Shown in pieces: positions 32,739-40,842 of a stretch of DNA of 64,000 nucleotides. The notes under the pieces were generated by a model. That model searched no databases. It was not told the DNA's origin and was given only the letters and a program-made list of their open reading frames with translations. The DNA is from Rhabdochlamydiaceae bacterium (GTDB lineage: Bacteria > Chlamydiota > Chlamydiia > Chlamydiales > Rhabdochlamydiaceae), in assembly GCA_019752555.1 (NCBI GenBank), contig JAIELY010000004.1, positions 21,844 to 85,843 of the forward strand. Reading direction: 5' to 3'. Both the position numbers and the translations under genes were made by a program. The stretch's first letter is position 1. Each line of letters begins with the position of its first letter.

Positions 32739-34991
32739 TTAAAACTGATAGGCAACTTCCGCAAACAGCTGGTGATCGTAGTAGGAATCGCCAAACTCAA
32801 AATCGTAATCGAATAAAATGGTGAAATGACTTCCTGGATAGCAGGTAAAACTGCTGCCAATTGTCCATTGGTTACGGTCTGTTTTAGGTGCAGTTTGTGT
32901 AAAATAACCTGCAAGTGCTCCAAGCTCTGAAAATGAAGCTCTAATCTTGACTTGACGATCCAGCCATTGATAATTCCAAAAGCCGTGCAATTCGGGAACA
33001 TAGGATCCAAAACAAGTTTCAAAAAGATAGGCAATTTTAACGCCTAAACTACTCTCAAGATAATCATAATTTTGAGCCTTGATTTTTAAATTTAACGTTT
33101 GAGCTCCCGATTCATGGTAAGAGTTGATATGTACGCGCGAATAAATTGCTGAGCCAACCGGTGTGATTTCCCAGTGTTTAAGACAATATTGATACTCTGT
33201 CGTAGCAAATGCTGAATACTCTTGACCATGATAAGAGGCATGCGCTGTGCGGTTAAGCTCATTAAACGCTATATACCGTTTACCATGATACCGGTTCCAT
33301 CCGTAAGAGAGTCCTCCATCTGCAAACCAAGCAGATCTTTTGTAAGAAACGTAGGCTGTTGCTTCATAGTTATCCGTATGGGTTGTATTTGTCTTTGGAA
33401 GAGGAACAACAAAGTGTCCATTTTTAATGAATGTACTAGCGTAACCCGCTGCCACTCCGACGCGCAGCCCCGTTGCTGCGGGGGCGTCCATCGCTAAAAG
33501 AGTGCCCCATGTGTTGGCATCATAACCAAGACCAGCACTGTGATTGCTCTGCCGTCCGAAATACCCAAAACCATCTGTCCAAATCTTGACCTCCTCTTTT
33601 TGGTCACAAGGGGCGCAACTTAAGTCAACTAAGCTACGACGGCATAAACAGCGATCGCGATCAAAGTGCTTTAGAAAGATCTTTTGAAATTGTCTTGTTG
33701 TATTAAAGCTTTCCTGAGCTACCCCTCTCAATGATTGCGCTGGATAGATTTGATAAACATCGTACGTGTATTCTTCCCAGGTAGGCTCAGAGAGTTGCCG
33801 CTCTACATAATCTAAGTCGCTGCCAGGATAATCGTCTGCGATCGGACACAACTGCAACATCACCTCATCATTGCATCCTCCCTCGAGCCCTTGCAGCCAA
33901 GGAGGACATCCACTATTTACAGGCGGCTGAACAGGACCTGTTTGAGGTTGATTAACAATAAAAATAGAGCCATTGGTATTGACTCCATAAAAAGTCATCC
34001 GCCAATCAGGATCATTGATTAAATTAATGGTAGCTCCACTTGTACCGCTGGCCGCAGAAACGACAGGATAGCTAAGCGCAAACCGAGTGGGACGGGGATT
34101 GGAAAAAAAATGATAAATGAGATCCACAGAACCATTGATTGTGTTCGACTGCTCGACAACTAAAGCCCCAGTTAGACTTTGGTTCATGTTGATAAGAACA
34201 TTTCCTTGAAAAAAACTATTTCCCTGAACACTTAGAAAGTTTTTTTCTGTATTTAATGAGGTATTAAGGATGAGATCTCCTTGGACAACCATGCTGGGCC
34301 CTGAAATATCAGTGCTTCTAAGGGTGATCATAATTGCGCACAAATTACCATTAATCACCGCTGCTTGCGTTTTAGTCTTCTTCATCGTAATGTCACTAAT
34401 GCCAACGTTCCCATTAATGATGCTCCCTGGTTCCATCTTAAGAAGGCCGCCCCCTTGCATGGGATAGGGACCAATGTTTCCATTGACAATCGTATTCCCG
34501 CTTAGATTCAGCAATCCAGAAGTGCCATTAAAAGTGACAGATCCACCGGGCGAAAGATCAAGATGATCTTCAAGAAAGATCACTCCGTTGCCCGAATAAT
34601 CGACGTTTGCACAGTGAACACCCGCTTCAAAGGTCACGCTTGCCCCGCCTACATTAAGGGTTCCTATATAAAGAGGCGTCTGATCTCCCACCTTACCCTT
34701 CACAGTCGATGAGGCCCCCGAGCCCCCGCCAAAGGTCACATTTCCTAATCCATTAATGCTTGTTTGAATGCCCATGGAATTATTTGCACTATTAACTGTG
34801 CTTCCACCTGGCACAAAAAGAGTGTTTTGATTGACGTTCTGGTTGATAAAGCTCACTCCATCATTTTCACCTTGAGAATCTAGATTGACAGTGCCAGGAC
34901 CCGATGCACCATCAATCACCTGTAAAGAGGCAAAGAGGCTAGAAACAGAAAAGAGAGCAGAGAATAAATAGAGTATGAACAAATAAGGCAT
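32739..34991 (-). CDS. Autotransporter outer-membrane protein (Pmp-like passenger plus a C-terminal beta-barrel)
   Basis: Signal peptide MPYLFILYLFSALFSVSSLFA. The Gly/Asn/Ser/Thr/Val-rich passenger is repetitive (GGSVTFNGTSGLLNLSGNTIVNGNIG, NVGGASVTFEAG, FINQN, FFQGN). The last 280 aa or so have alternating beta-strand character and end in AEVAYQF. Confidence 0.8.
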   Translation of the reverse strand: MPYLFILYLFSALFSVSSLFASLQVIDGASGPGTVNLDSQGENDGVSFINQNVNQNTLFVPGGSTVNSANNSMGIQTSINGLGNVTFGGGSGASSTVKGKVGDQTPLYIGTLNVGGASVTFEAGVHCANVDYSGNGVIFLEDHLDLSPGGSVTFNGTSGLLNLSGNTIVNGNIGPYPMQGGGLLKMEPGSIINGNVGISDITMKKTKTQAAVINGNLCAIMITLRSTDISGPSMVVQGDLILNTSLNTEKNFLSVQGNSFFQGNVLINMNQSLTGALVVEQSNTINGSVDLIYHFFSNPRPTRFALSYPVVSAASGTSGATINLINDPDWRMTFYGVNTNGSIFIVNQPQTGPVQPPVNSGCPPWLQGLEGGCNDEVMLQLCPIADDYPGSDLDYVERQLSEPTWEEYTYDVYQIYPAQSLRGVAQESFNTTRQFQKIFLKHFDRDRCLCRRSLVDLSCAPCDQKEEVKIWTDGFGYFGRQSNHSAGLGYDANTWGTLLAMDAPAATGLRVGVAAGYASTFIKNGHFVVPLPKTNTTHTDNYEATAYVSYKRSAWFADGGLSYGWNRYHGKRYIAFNELNRTAHASYHGQEYSAFATTEYQYCLKHWEITPVGSAIYSRVHINSYHESGAQTLNLKIKAQNYDYLESSLGVKIAYLFETCFGSYVPELHGFWNYQWLDRQVKIRASFSELGALAGYFTQTAPKTDRNQWTIGSSFTCYPGSHFTILFDYDFEFGDSYYDHQLFAEVAYQF

Positions 34992-35060
34992 AGTGGATGC
35001 AGCGTACGAAAAAAAAGTTTTTCTTACATCCTATTTTTTCATACAGAAGAACAAGAAAAA

Positions 35061-35095
35061 AGATCGTGCGTCAAAATAGATTCGACGCACGATCT
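35061..35095 (-). terminator. Rho-independent terminator of the LRR gene
   Basis: AGATCGTGCGTC (35061-35072) pairs with GACGCACGATCT (35084-35095): a perfect 12-bp stem. On the minus strand it is followed by TTTTTC. It starts 12 nt after the stop at 35107. Confidence 0.75.
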
Positions 35096-35106
35096 CGAGC
35101 TGCAGC

Positions 35107-36252
35107 TTAAGTCGAACTACTGCAAGCTGAAGAGCTCCCTGAAGAGATTGCAGGAAGCTCTAAGAGTGCAAAAGTGCCATAAGTTGTACGTCTTACCGAA
35201 TCAAAAGACGAAGACGAACTAGCCTGAGATGTTGTCGAAGCAGCAGGTGCTGAAGAGGTGGATTTTGCAACGGCAGACTCTGTTGGCACTCGTGAAGGAG
35301 CCGCTCTTCTCAAGCGCTTCAACTCAGATATTTCCGACGCAGATAATTTAACAATAGATCCAACACCAAAACCATCGTGATGGTCATAACTCATATACAT
35401 CTTCGGGCTAAATCTAATTTCTTTTGGCAAGCTTTTTGAAATCTGCACTAATTGCCGTTTTGAAAAACAACAACGATCTGCATCCAATCGCTCTAAGCTC
35501 GGACTATCCTTTAAAAAATCCAAAAACTTCATATCTTTAAACTTGGCACCGTCAATTCGAAGAAAGAGAATCTTTGTGTTCGTTAAAAACGCTCGAAAGA
35601 AAATTTCCATCGAAGGACAATATGTCAGACGATCATACATTAGCTCCAAGAATTTTACCGACCCCTTATTCTGACTTAACGCCTGGGCTAAAAGAACTAA
35701 GCCCTGATCGGGCACATTCCAGACTCTTAAATCCTTTAATTTACTTTTAGAAGCCAAATCTACAATAGATTTCGAAAAGAGCTGTCGAGAGATAAAAAAT
35801 TCAAAATCAAATTTCAATGAAACTTTTTTGAGCGTAGGATGATTTTTTAGTACGGTAATTAATTTATTTAAATTTTCAGAAGAATTCAAATAATGAGAAG
35901 CATCACGACCGTAAATGCCGTCTAAATTCACGAGAGAGAGGTCTAATCTCAATGCCTTAAGACTCTTATTTTCACGGATAACTGTTGAAAGAAATTTGAT
36001 CTCAACTCCGTTTAATTCTATTTTAACAATAGATAGTTTTTTTAAATGTTCAGACTCACTTATATAACGACCAAATTTCGCAAGCGATTCGGGGTTAATT
36101 CCTCTAAAGATTGAAAAAAAAGATTTTTCACTATTTAACCAAGAAATTTTTTGAACATTTGGGTTCTTTTTAATCTTTGATAAACCGTCTTCCAAATCAC
36201 CAAACCTTATCGATCCACTTTGAGTTGGAATTGAACTAGAAGAAACTGCCAT
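35107..36252 (-). CDS. Leucine-rich-repeat protein (ribonuclease-inhibitor-like LRRs) with a Ser-rich C-terminal tail; candidate secreted effector
   Basis: Repeats include LKKLSIVKIELNGVEIKFL, LKALRLDLSLVNLDG, LKKVSLKFD, LKDLRVWNVPDQGLVLLAQALSQNKGSVKFLEL and LERLDADRCCFSKRQLVQI. Tail: SSAPAASTTSQASSSSSFDS. The N-terminus is MAVSSSSIPTQSGS. The gene is visibly more AT-rich than its neighbours. Confidence 0.75.
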   Translation of the reverse strand: MAVSSSSIPTQSGSIRFGDLEDGLSKIKKNPNVQKISWLNSEKSFFSIFRGINPESLAKFGRYISESEHLKKLSIVKIELNGVEIKFLSTVIRENKSLKALRLDLSLVNLDGIYGRDASHYLNSSENLNKLITVLKNHPTLKKVSLKFDFEFFISRQLFSKSIVDLASKSKLKDLRVWNVPDQGLVLLAQALSQNKGSVKFLELMYDRLTYCPSMEIFFRAFLTNTKILFLRIDGAKFKDMKFLDFLKDSPSLERLDADRCCFSKRQLVQISKSLPKEIRFSPKMYMSYDHHDGFGVGSIVKLSASEISELKRLRRAAPSRVPTESAVAKSTSSAPAASTTSQASSSSSFDSVRRTTYGTFALLELPAISSGSSSACSSST

Positions 36253-36406
36253 AATAAACCTGTATTTATAATTGATTTTTACAATTAGATATTTTAACTA
36301 AAAATCATAAATATTTCAAGTATATTATCCAAAAAAATCAGATAATTAAACTAATTTTTAAAATACATTACATCTAAAGATCTAACGAAAAGGGTGTTTG
36401 AAGAGG

Positions 36407-38545
36407 CTAACGCCTCTCTGGATATTTGACCCGAAGATGCCGGGTCACAAGAAGGGCCTTAATCATCGCCTTTTTGACAATGCCGAGCTCTTCGAATGTC
36501 AGCTGACATTCATCAAGCTGTCCATCATCGGCTTTTTCAGCTACAAGCTTATCGACCATTTCACTCAGTGTTTCTTCGGTAACATCCTCCATACTGCGGG
36601 AGGCAGCTTCCATGGTATCTGCAATCATAATGATCGCAGACTCTTTGGAGCGAGGCTTAGGACCCGGGTAGCGGAAGACCTTCTCATTGACCTTGGTCGC
36701 ATCCCCATTCATTTGCTCCACTTGTTTGCAGTAGAAATAATACACCATAGTAGTTCCATGGTGTTCGCGAATGATGTCGATAAAGCTCTGAGGAAGATGA
36801 TGTTTGCGGGCTAAGGCTTCTCCCTCTGGTACGTGAGCTACAATGACGTGGGTGGATTCTATGGGAGTGAGAAGCTGATGAATGTTAAATCCACCGAGCT
36901 GATTTTCAGTAAAATAATGAGGATTGAACAACTTACCAATATCGTGATAAAGAGTGGAAACTCGACAAAACAGTCCATTAGCCCCAATCGAGCGAGCACC
37001 GGCTTCTGCTAAATTTCCCACAACGAGACAATGCTGATAAGTTCCAGGAGCCTCTAAGCTTAGTCTGCGCAAGAGTTCATTATTGGGATCCATGTATTCC
37101 ATGAGTGTGATATCTGTCATCACACAGAAAATCGACTCCAAAATCGGCATGAGCCCAATCGACACAACAGCAGTAGCTCCCATAAACACCAAACTACTGA
37201 CAAGATCTGTCAGCATGTTAATGCTCCAAAAGGTGTTTTCAATGCAGTTAAATGCAATAAATAAGGGGATGCATCCAACCCATACCTTCCCGCATACAGT
37301 AAACACTTCTTTGCGCTTGTGCAAAGACCGGGCAAATAAAATCGTAACGAGCGCTGCAAAGAAGTTTAGCGGAAGAAAAAAGTCGCTTTCAATTGCAATC
37401 GTGAAGTTGAGAACAACGACAAGAAAAAGAGAGATGAATAAAGCAAGCTCGCTGCCGACAAGTACACAAGAGAGCATGGCTGCCAAGGGCACGATCAAAG
37501 GAAACCTAGCAAACTCAATTAAATTTCTTCCTTTGTACAAGAGGAAATATTCGGTTCCTTTGGCTAAGATCAGGGTCACAATGATAATGGTTACAAGGAG
37601 CGTTAACTTTTGAAGAGAAAGGGTGACATCTTTATGGAAAATACGCAAATAGACAAGGGAGACAAAGACAAGACAAAATGCAAGAAGAGCGCTTCCAAAA
37701 AGAGTGACCGGGGTCCACAAACTTCTCGATTGCGCTAAAGCCAGTTTCATCGCTTGCAGCATTGCAATATGCCGCGATGTCACCGTTTCACCGAGGCGAA
37801 TGATCTGACTTCCAGCTTCGACGTGCGTGAGTTTTTTAGGAACCTGTTCTTGAACAATTTGACGCAGCTGCCGCTCTAAAGAATAATCTTGTTGCAGCGC
37901 CCATTTCTGACGGGCAAATTTATGGATCACAAATTTGAGCGTTTGAGCTTGATACTGAGAAGAGCTGGACAATTTCCTCTGCATCTCATTCCAGAAGCTC
38001 TCTGGTAGAATGAGCGGTGCTTCGATGTTACTTGAGAGCTCTAAAGGATAAAATCCTCCAGAATCCAAGCTTAACTCCTGCATTTTTTTTAAGGTGCGGT
38101 CATCTGTAAATCGAGATTGAATTAATTCTTCCTCAACACCATCTAGCGTATTATACAGCTCTTCGAAAGTGGCTTTAGAAAGCTCGTCACGCCATTTTTG
38201 ATGTTCGATTAAAGAAGTTTCTAAGTTATTGCGAAACCCAATGATCTCCCCTTCATCGACCTTAACCACTTCACCCACATCGCGTACAGCTTCTTGTTTA
38301 AGGATCTGCGTTGCTTCGGAGTCGGGAAATTGAAAGTTAATCTGAGCGATGACATAGCGGGGCGCTTTGGCTCCAATTTCGAGAACCTCCATTCTCACTT
38401 CCCGAAAATGGAGAAAGAACGTTAACGCAAAAACAAAGGCAAGCGCAAGCAGGACTCTACGGCCAAATTCTTGGCTCGATTTCCATTGTCGCCAGAGGCT
38501 TTTAGAGAGCATTCGCTCTTCATCTTCTAAGCGCTTTTCAGGCAC
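36407..38545 (-). CDS. pgpH: 7TM-HD membrane phosphohydrolase (PgpH/YqfF family, putative cyclic-di-AMP phosphodiesterase)
   Basis: 712 aa: one N-terminal TM helix plus a large extracytoplasmic domain, a 7-TM block, then an HD domain with HCLVVGNLAE, LYHDIGK and IIREHHGTT. Confidence 0.85.
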   Translation of the reverse strand: MPEKRLEDEERMLSKSLWRQWKSSQEFGRRVLLALAFVFALTFFLHFREVRMEVLEIGAKAPRYVIAQINFQFPDSEATQILKQEAVRDVGEVVKVDEGEIIGFRNNLETSLIEHQKWRDELSKATFEELYNTLDGVEEELIQSRFTDDRTLKKMQELSLDSGGFYPLELSSNIEAPLILPESFWNEMQRKLSSSSQYQAQTLKFVIHKFARQKWALQQDYSLERQLRQIVQEQVPKKLTHVEAGSQIIRLGETVTSRHIAMLQAMKLALAQSRSLWTPVTLFGSALLAFCLVFVSLVYLRIFHKDVTLSLQKLTLLVTIIIVTLILAKGTEYFLLYKGRNLIEFARFPLIVPLAAMLSCVLVGSELALFISLFLVVVLNFTIAIESDFFLPLNFFAALVTILFARSLHKRKEVFTVCGKVWVGCIPLFIAFNCIENTFWSINMLTDLVSSLVFMGATAVVSIGLMPILESIFCVMTDITLMEYMDPNNELLRRLSLEAPGTYQHCLVVGNLAEAGARSIGANGLFCRVSTLYHDIGKLFNPHYFTENQLGGFNIHQLLTPIESTHVIVAHVPEGEALARKHHLPQSFIDIIREHHGTTMVYYFYCKQVEQMNGDATKVNEKVFRYPGPKPRSKESAIIMIADTMEAASRSMEDVTEETLSEMVDKLVAEKADDGQLDECQLTFEELGIVKKAMIKALLVTRHLRVKYPERR

Positions 38546-38606
38546 AAAACATCCTCAACTCCAAATCCTCACAGGCTGCACCATTGCTTACCAAACCTTA
38601 TCAACT

Positions 38607-38620
38607 GCAGTATATACTGC
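38607..38620. promoter_or_regulatory. Perfect 14-bp palindrome in the divergent pgpH/dnaX intergenic region
   Basis: GCAGTATATACTGC. Its function is unknown; it could be an operator or overlapping -10 elements. Confidence 0.3.
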
Positions 38621-38743
38621 TTTCACTTCAAAGTTACAGAAATTTCTGCCTGTACATGTGCAGAGCACATAAAAAAAAATCTATTCACCCCATTTTCTCC
38701 CTTGGGTATTTTCCACATACAGATTATACTCAAATCCAACCCT

Positions 38744-40429
38744 ATGAGGCACCTCGTGGACCAAAAAAAGACAAGCTATCAAGTCATTCCTCGCAAATAC
38801 CGACCCCAGACGTTTGCAAGCGTTGTTGGACAAGATGCAATCGTGACAACTCTCAAAAACGCGTTGCGCTTCGAGCGTTTGGCCCACGCTTATCTTTTCT
38901 GCGGATGCCGGGGAACTGGAAAAACCACGCTGGCAAGAGTTTTTGCAAAAGCCTTAAATTGCCAAAAACTTACAGAAAACCAAGAGCCTTGCAACTCTTG
39001 CACTTCTTGCCTCGACGTGATGTCCGGACGCTCTCTTGATGTCCTTGAAATTGACGGCGCCTCCAACCGCGGCATTGACGATATCCGCCAAATCAATGAA
39101 ACGATCGGCTATGCTCCCGCCTCTGGTAAATTTAAAATTTACATCATCGATGAAGTCCACATGCTCACTAAGGAGGCCTTTAATGCGCTGTTGAAAACTT
39201 TAGAAGAGCCTCCGACGAACGTAAAATTTTTCTTCGCAACGACAGAGCCTCATAAAGTCTTGCCGACGATACTCAGCCGTTGCCAGCGGTTCGATCTCAA
39301 CCGGATCTCTCTTGAAACAATGCAGGCAAAGCTCAATTACATCGTTCAAGACCTAAAGGTCGATTGCTCCCCTGATGCTCTTGCTCTCATTTCCCACCTC
39401 TCAGAAGGATGCCTGCGCGATGCAGAATCGCTCTTAGACCAGGTGATCTGCTACGCACAGCAGCCCATCACCCTCGATAAAGTCTCTGAAACGCTGGGAT
39501 TAATGCCAAGAGCTGCCTTTTTTGCCCTCGATGCAGCGATCAACACACAAAATCTCAATTATGCCTTCGAACTCTCCCAATCCATCTTCTCCACGGGCAA
39601 AGATTTAAATCACTTCCTCGACAATCTCGTCGAACATTTCCGCACCCACCTTCACATCAAGCTGGGTAGAAATCCTCAGATCTTCGATCCTGAAGAGAAA
39701 AAACAGTACCTCTCCTTATCTTCCCATTACACGGAAGAACAGTGCCTCTGTATTCTCGATTATCTCATCCACTGGCAGCAGCAACTGGCAAAAACGCCCT
39801 TTAAGCGGATCTCCCTCGAAATGATTTTACTTTATCTCATCCGCTCAAAATACCGCCTTTCTCTTGCTACATTGACAAAGCGCTTAATTGAGCTCGAGCA
39901 TACATTTCCAAATAAGCAAGAGGCTACGATTCCCGCCTCGCCGCTCATCATTCCGCAAGAGACACCTGAGCCTGCACCCGAAGCGGCAGCAGCACCCACT
40001 CCTCTTACGACAGAAACTCTTGCTGAGCCGCAGCCAGCTCAACCCCAAATCCCCATTGAAACAATTGCGCAACAATTCCAAGCCGCAGAGGAAAAACCTG
40101 TTGCTCGAATGGTTCCAGAGATCGATCGCGATCGGGAACTCCCTCAACCTGAAATGCCCACTTGCGAAAAGATCCTACCTGCTTCTCAAGAGATCCAAGC
40201 GCCACTAGCAAAACCCTCTGAAACTGGCGCTTTCGAACAAGCTCTATTGAACAAAATCAAAGAAAAGATCGACCAGGCTCCCACACCAACGCAACCCTCG
40301 AATCTTCAACCGGTAGCCGCGCCATCGATTTCTGAAAAACCTGCATCCAAAGCTCCTCAAGGCAGATACGATACCCTAATCCGGTTTGCCGCAGTCGAGT
40401 TAGAGGGTGTTGTAAAAAAAGAGATATAA
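38744..40429 (+). CDS. dnaX: DNA polymerase III subunit gamma/tau
   Basis: YRPQTFASVVGQD, FCGCRGTGKTT (P-loop), IYIIDEVHML and ILSRCQRF. The C-terminal extension is Pro/Ala/Glu-rich. I chose the ATG at 38744; the ORF track starts at a TTG at 38702. Confidence 0.93.
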   Translation: MRHLVDQKKTSYQVIPRKYRPQTFASVVGQDAIVTTLKNALRFERLAHAYLFCGCRGTGKTTLARVFAKALNCQKLTENQEPCNSCTSCLDVMSGRSLDVLEIDGASNRGIDDIRQINETIGYAPASGKFKIYIIDEVHMLTKEAFNALLKTLEEPPTNVKFFFATTEPHKVLPTILSRCQRFDLNRISLETMQAKLNYIVQDLKVDCSPDALALISHLSEGCLRDAESLLDQVICYAQQPITLDKVSETLGLMPRAAFFALDAAINTQNLNYAFELSQSIFSTGKDLNHFLDNLVEHFRTHLHIKLGRNPQIFDPEEKKQYLSLSSHYTEEQCLCILDYLIHWQQQLAKTPFKRISLEMILLYLIRSKYRLSLATLTKRLIELEHTFPNKQEATIPASPLIIPQETPEPAPEAAAAPTPLTTETLAEPQPAQPQIPIETIAQQFQAAEEKPVARMVPEIDRDRELPQPEMPTCEKILPASQEIQAPLAKPSETGAFEQALLNKIKEKIDQAPTPTQPSNLQPVAAPSISEKPASKAPQGRYDTLIRFAAVELEGVVKKEI

Positions 40430-40444
40430 AATAAAGGAGACGAC

Positions 40445-40750
40445 ATGGGTAGTGGTTATTCGAAGATGAAAAAGCAAGCGAAGATGATGCAGCAGCAACT
40501 CGAGTCAATGCGCACCGAAATGAAATCTAAGCTCATTCTCGGCACAAGCGGCAATGGCCTTGTTACCGTGACCATGAACGGAGACAAAGAGCTGCAAAAA
40601 ATCGAGATTAAACCAGAATGTGTTGATCCGAACGATCTTGAAGGTCTGCAAGACCTCATCCAAGCAGCCTGCTTTGACGCCTACCAAAAGCTTGCTGCAG
40701 AATCTGAGGGCGGCATGGACCTTCCCGGCGGAATGTCATTTCCTTTCTAG
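40445..40750 (+). CDS. ybaB: Nucleoid-associated protein YbaB/EbfC
   Basis: 101 aa. MKKQAKMMQQQLESMRTEM...GNGLVTVTMNGDKELQKIEIKPECVDPNDLEGLQDLI is the typical YbaB pattern. It lies downstream of dnaX, with SD AAAGGAG. Confidence 0.88.
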   Translation: MGSGYSKMKKQAKMMQQQLESMRTEMKSKLILGTSGNGLVTVTMNGDKELQKIEIKPECVDPNDLEGLQDLIQAACFDAYQKLAAESEGGMDLPGGMSFPF

Positions 40751-40775
40751 AAAAGTCAACACTACGAAGAGAGCG

Positions 40776-40806
40776 CATGAGGCAAAGAATATTTCTTTGC
40801 CTCATG
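40776..40806. terminator. Bidirectional hairpin terminator between ybaB and the convergent recQ
   Basis: CATGAGGCAAAGAA (40776-40789), loop TAT, TTCTTTGCCTCATG (40793-40806): a perfect 14-bp stem. Confidence 0.7.
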
Positions 40807-40842
40807 TCTGAGGAAGACTAGCTATCATGATTTCAAACTTAT

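Noticed and set aside
36395-36420. Short hairpin AGAGGC-TAAC-GCCTCT at the pgpH stop codon
   Set aside because: The stem is only 6 bp, it overlaps the coding end, and there is no U-tract. That is not convincing as a terminator.
36398-37613. Plus-strand ORFs 36398-36814 (138 aa) and 37083-37613 (176 aa)
   Set aside because: Both are fully antisense to the well-supported 7TM-HD (pgpH) gene. I see no SD, promoter or motifs.
38546-38743. Possible SRP (4.5S/scRNA) gene upstream of dnaX, as seen in many bacteria
   Set aside because: I searched both strands by eye for the conserved domain IV sequence (GGAAGCAGCC-like, with its symmetric loop partner) and found none. Only the 14-bp palindrome stands out.
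38584-39039. 151-aa plus-strand ORF overlapping the dnaX start
   Set aside because: It is out of frame with dnaX, whose AAA+ clamp-loader motifs begin at 38744. It would have to span the promoter region.
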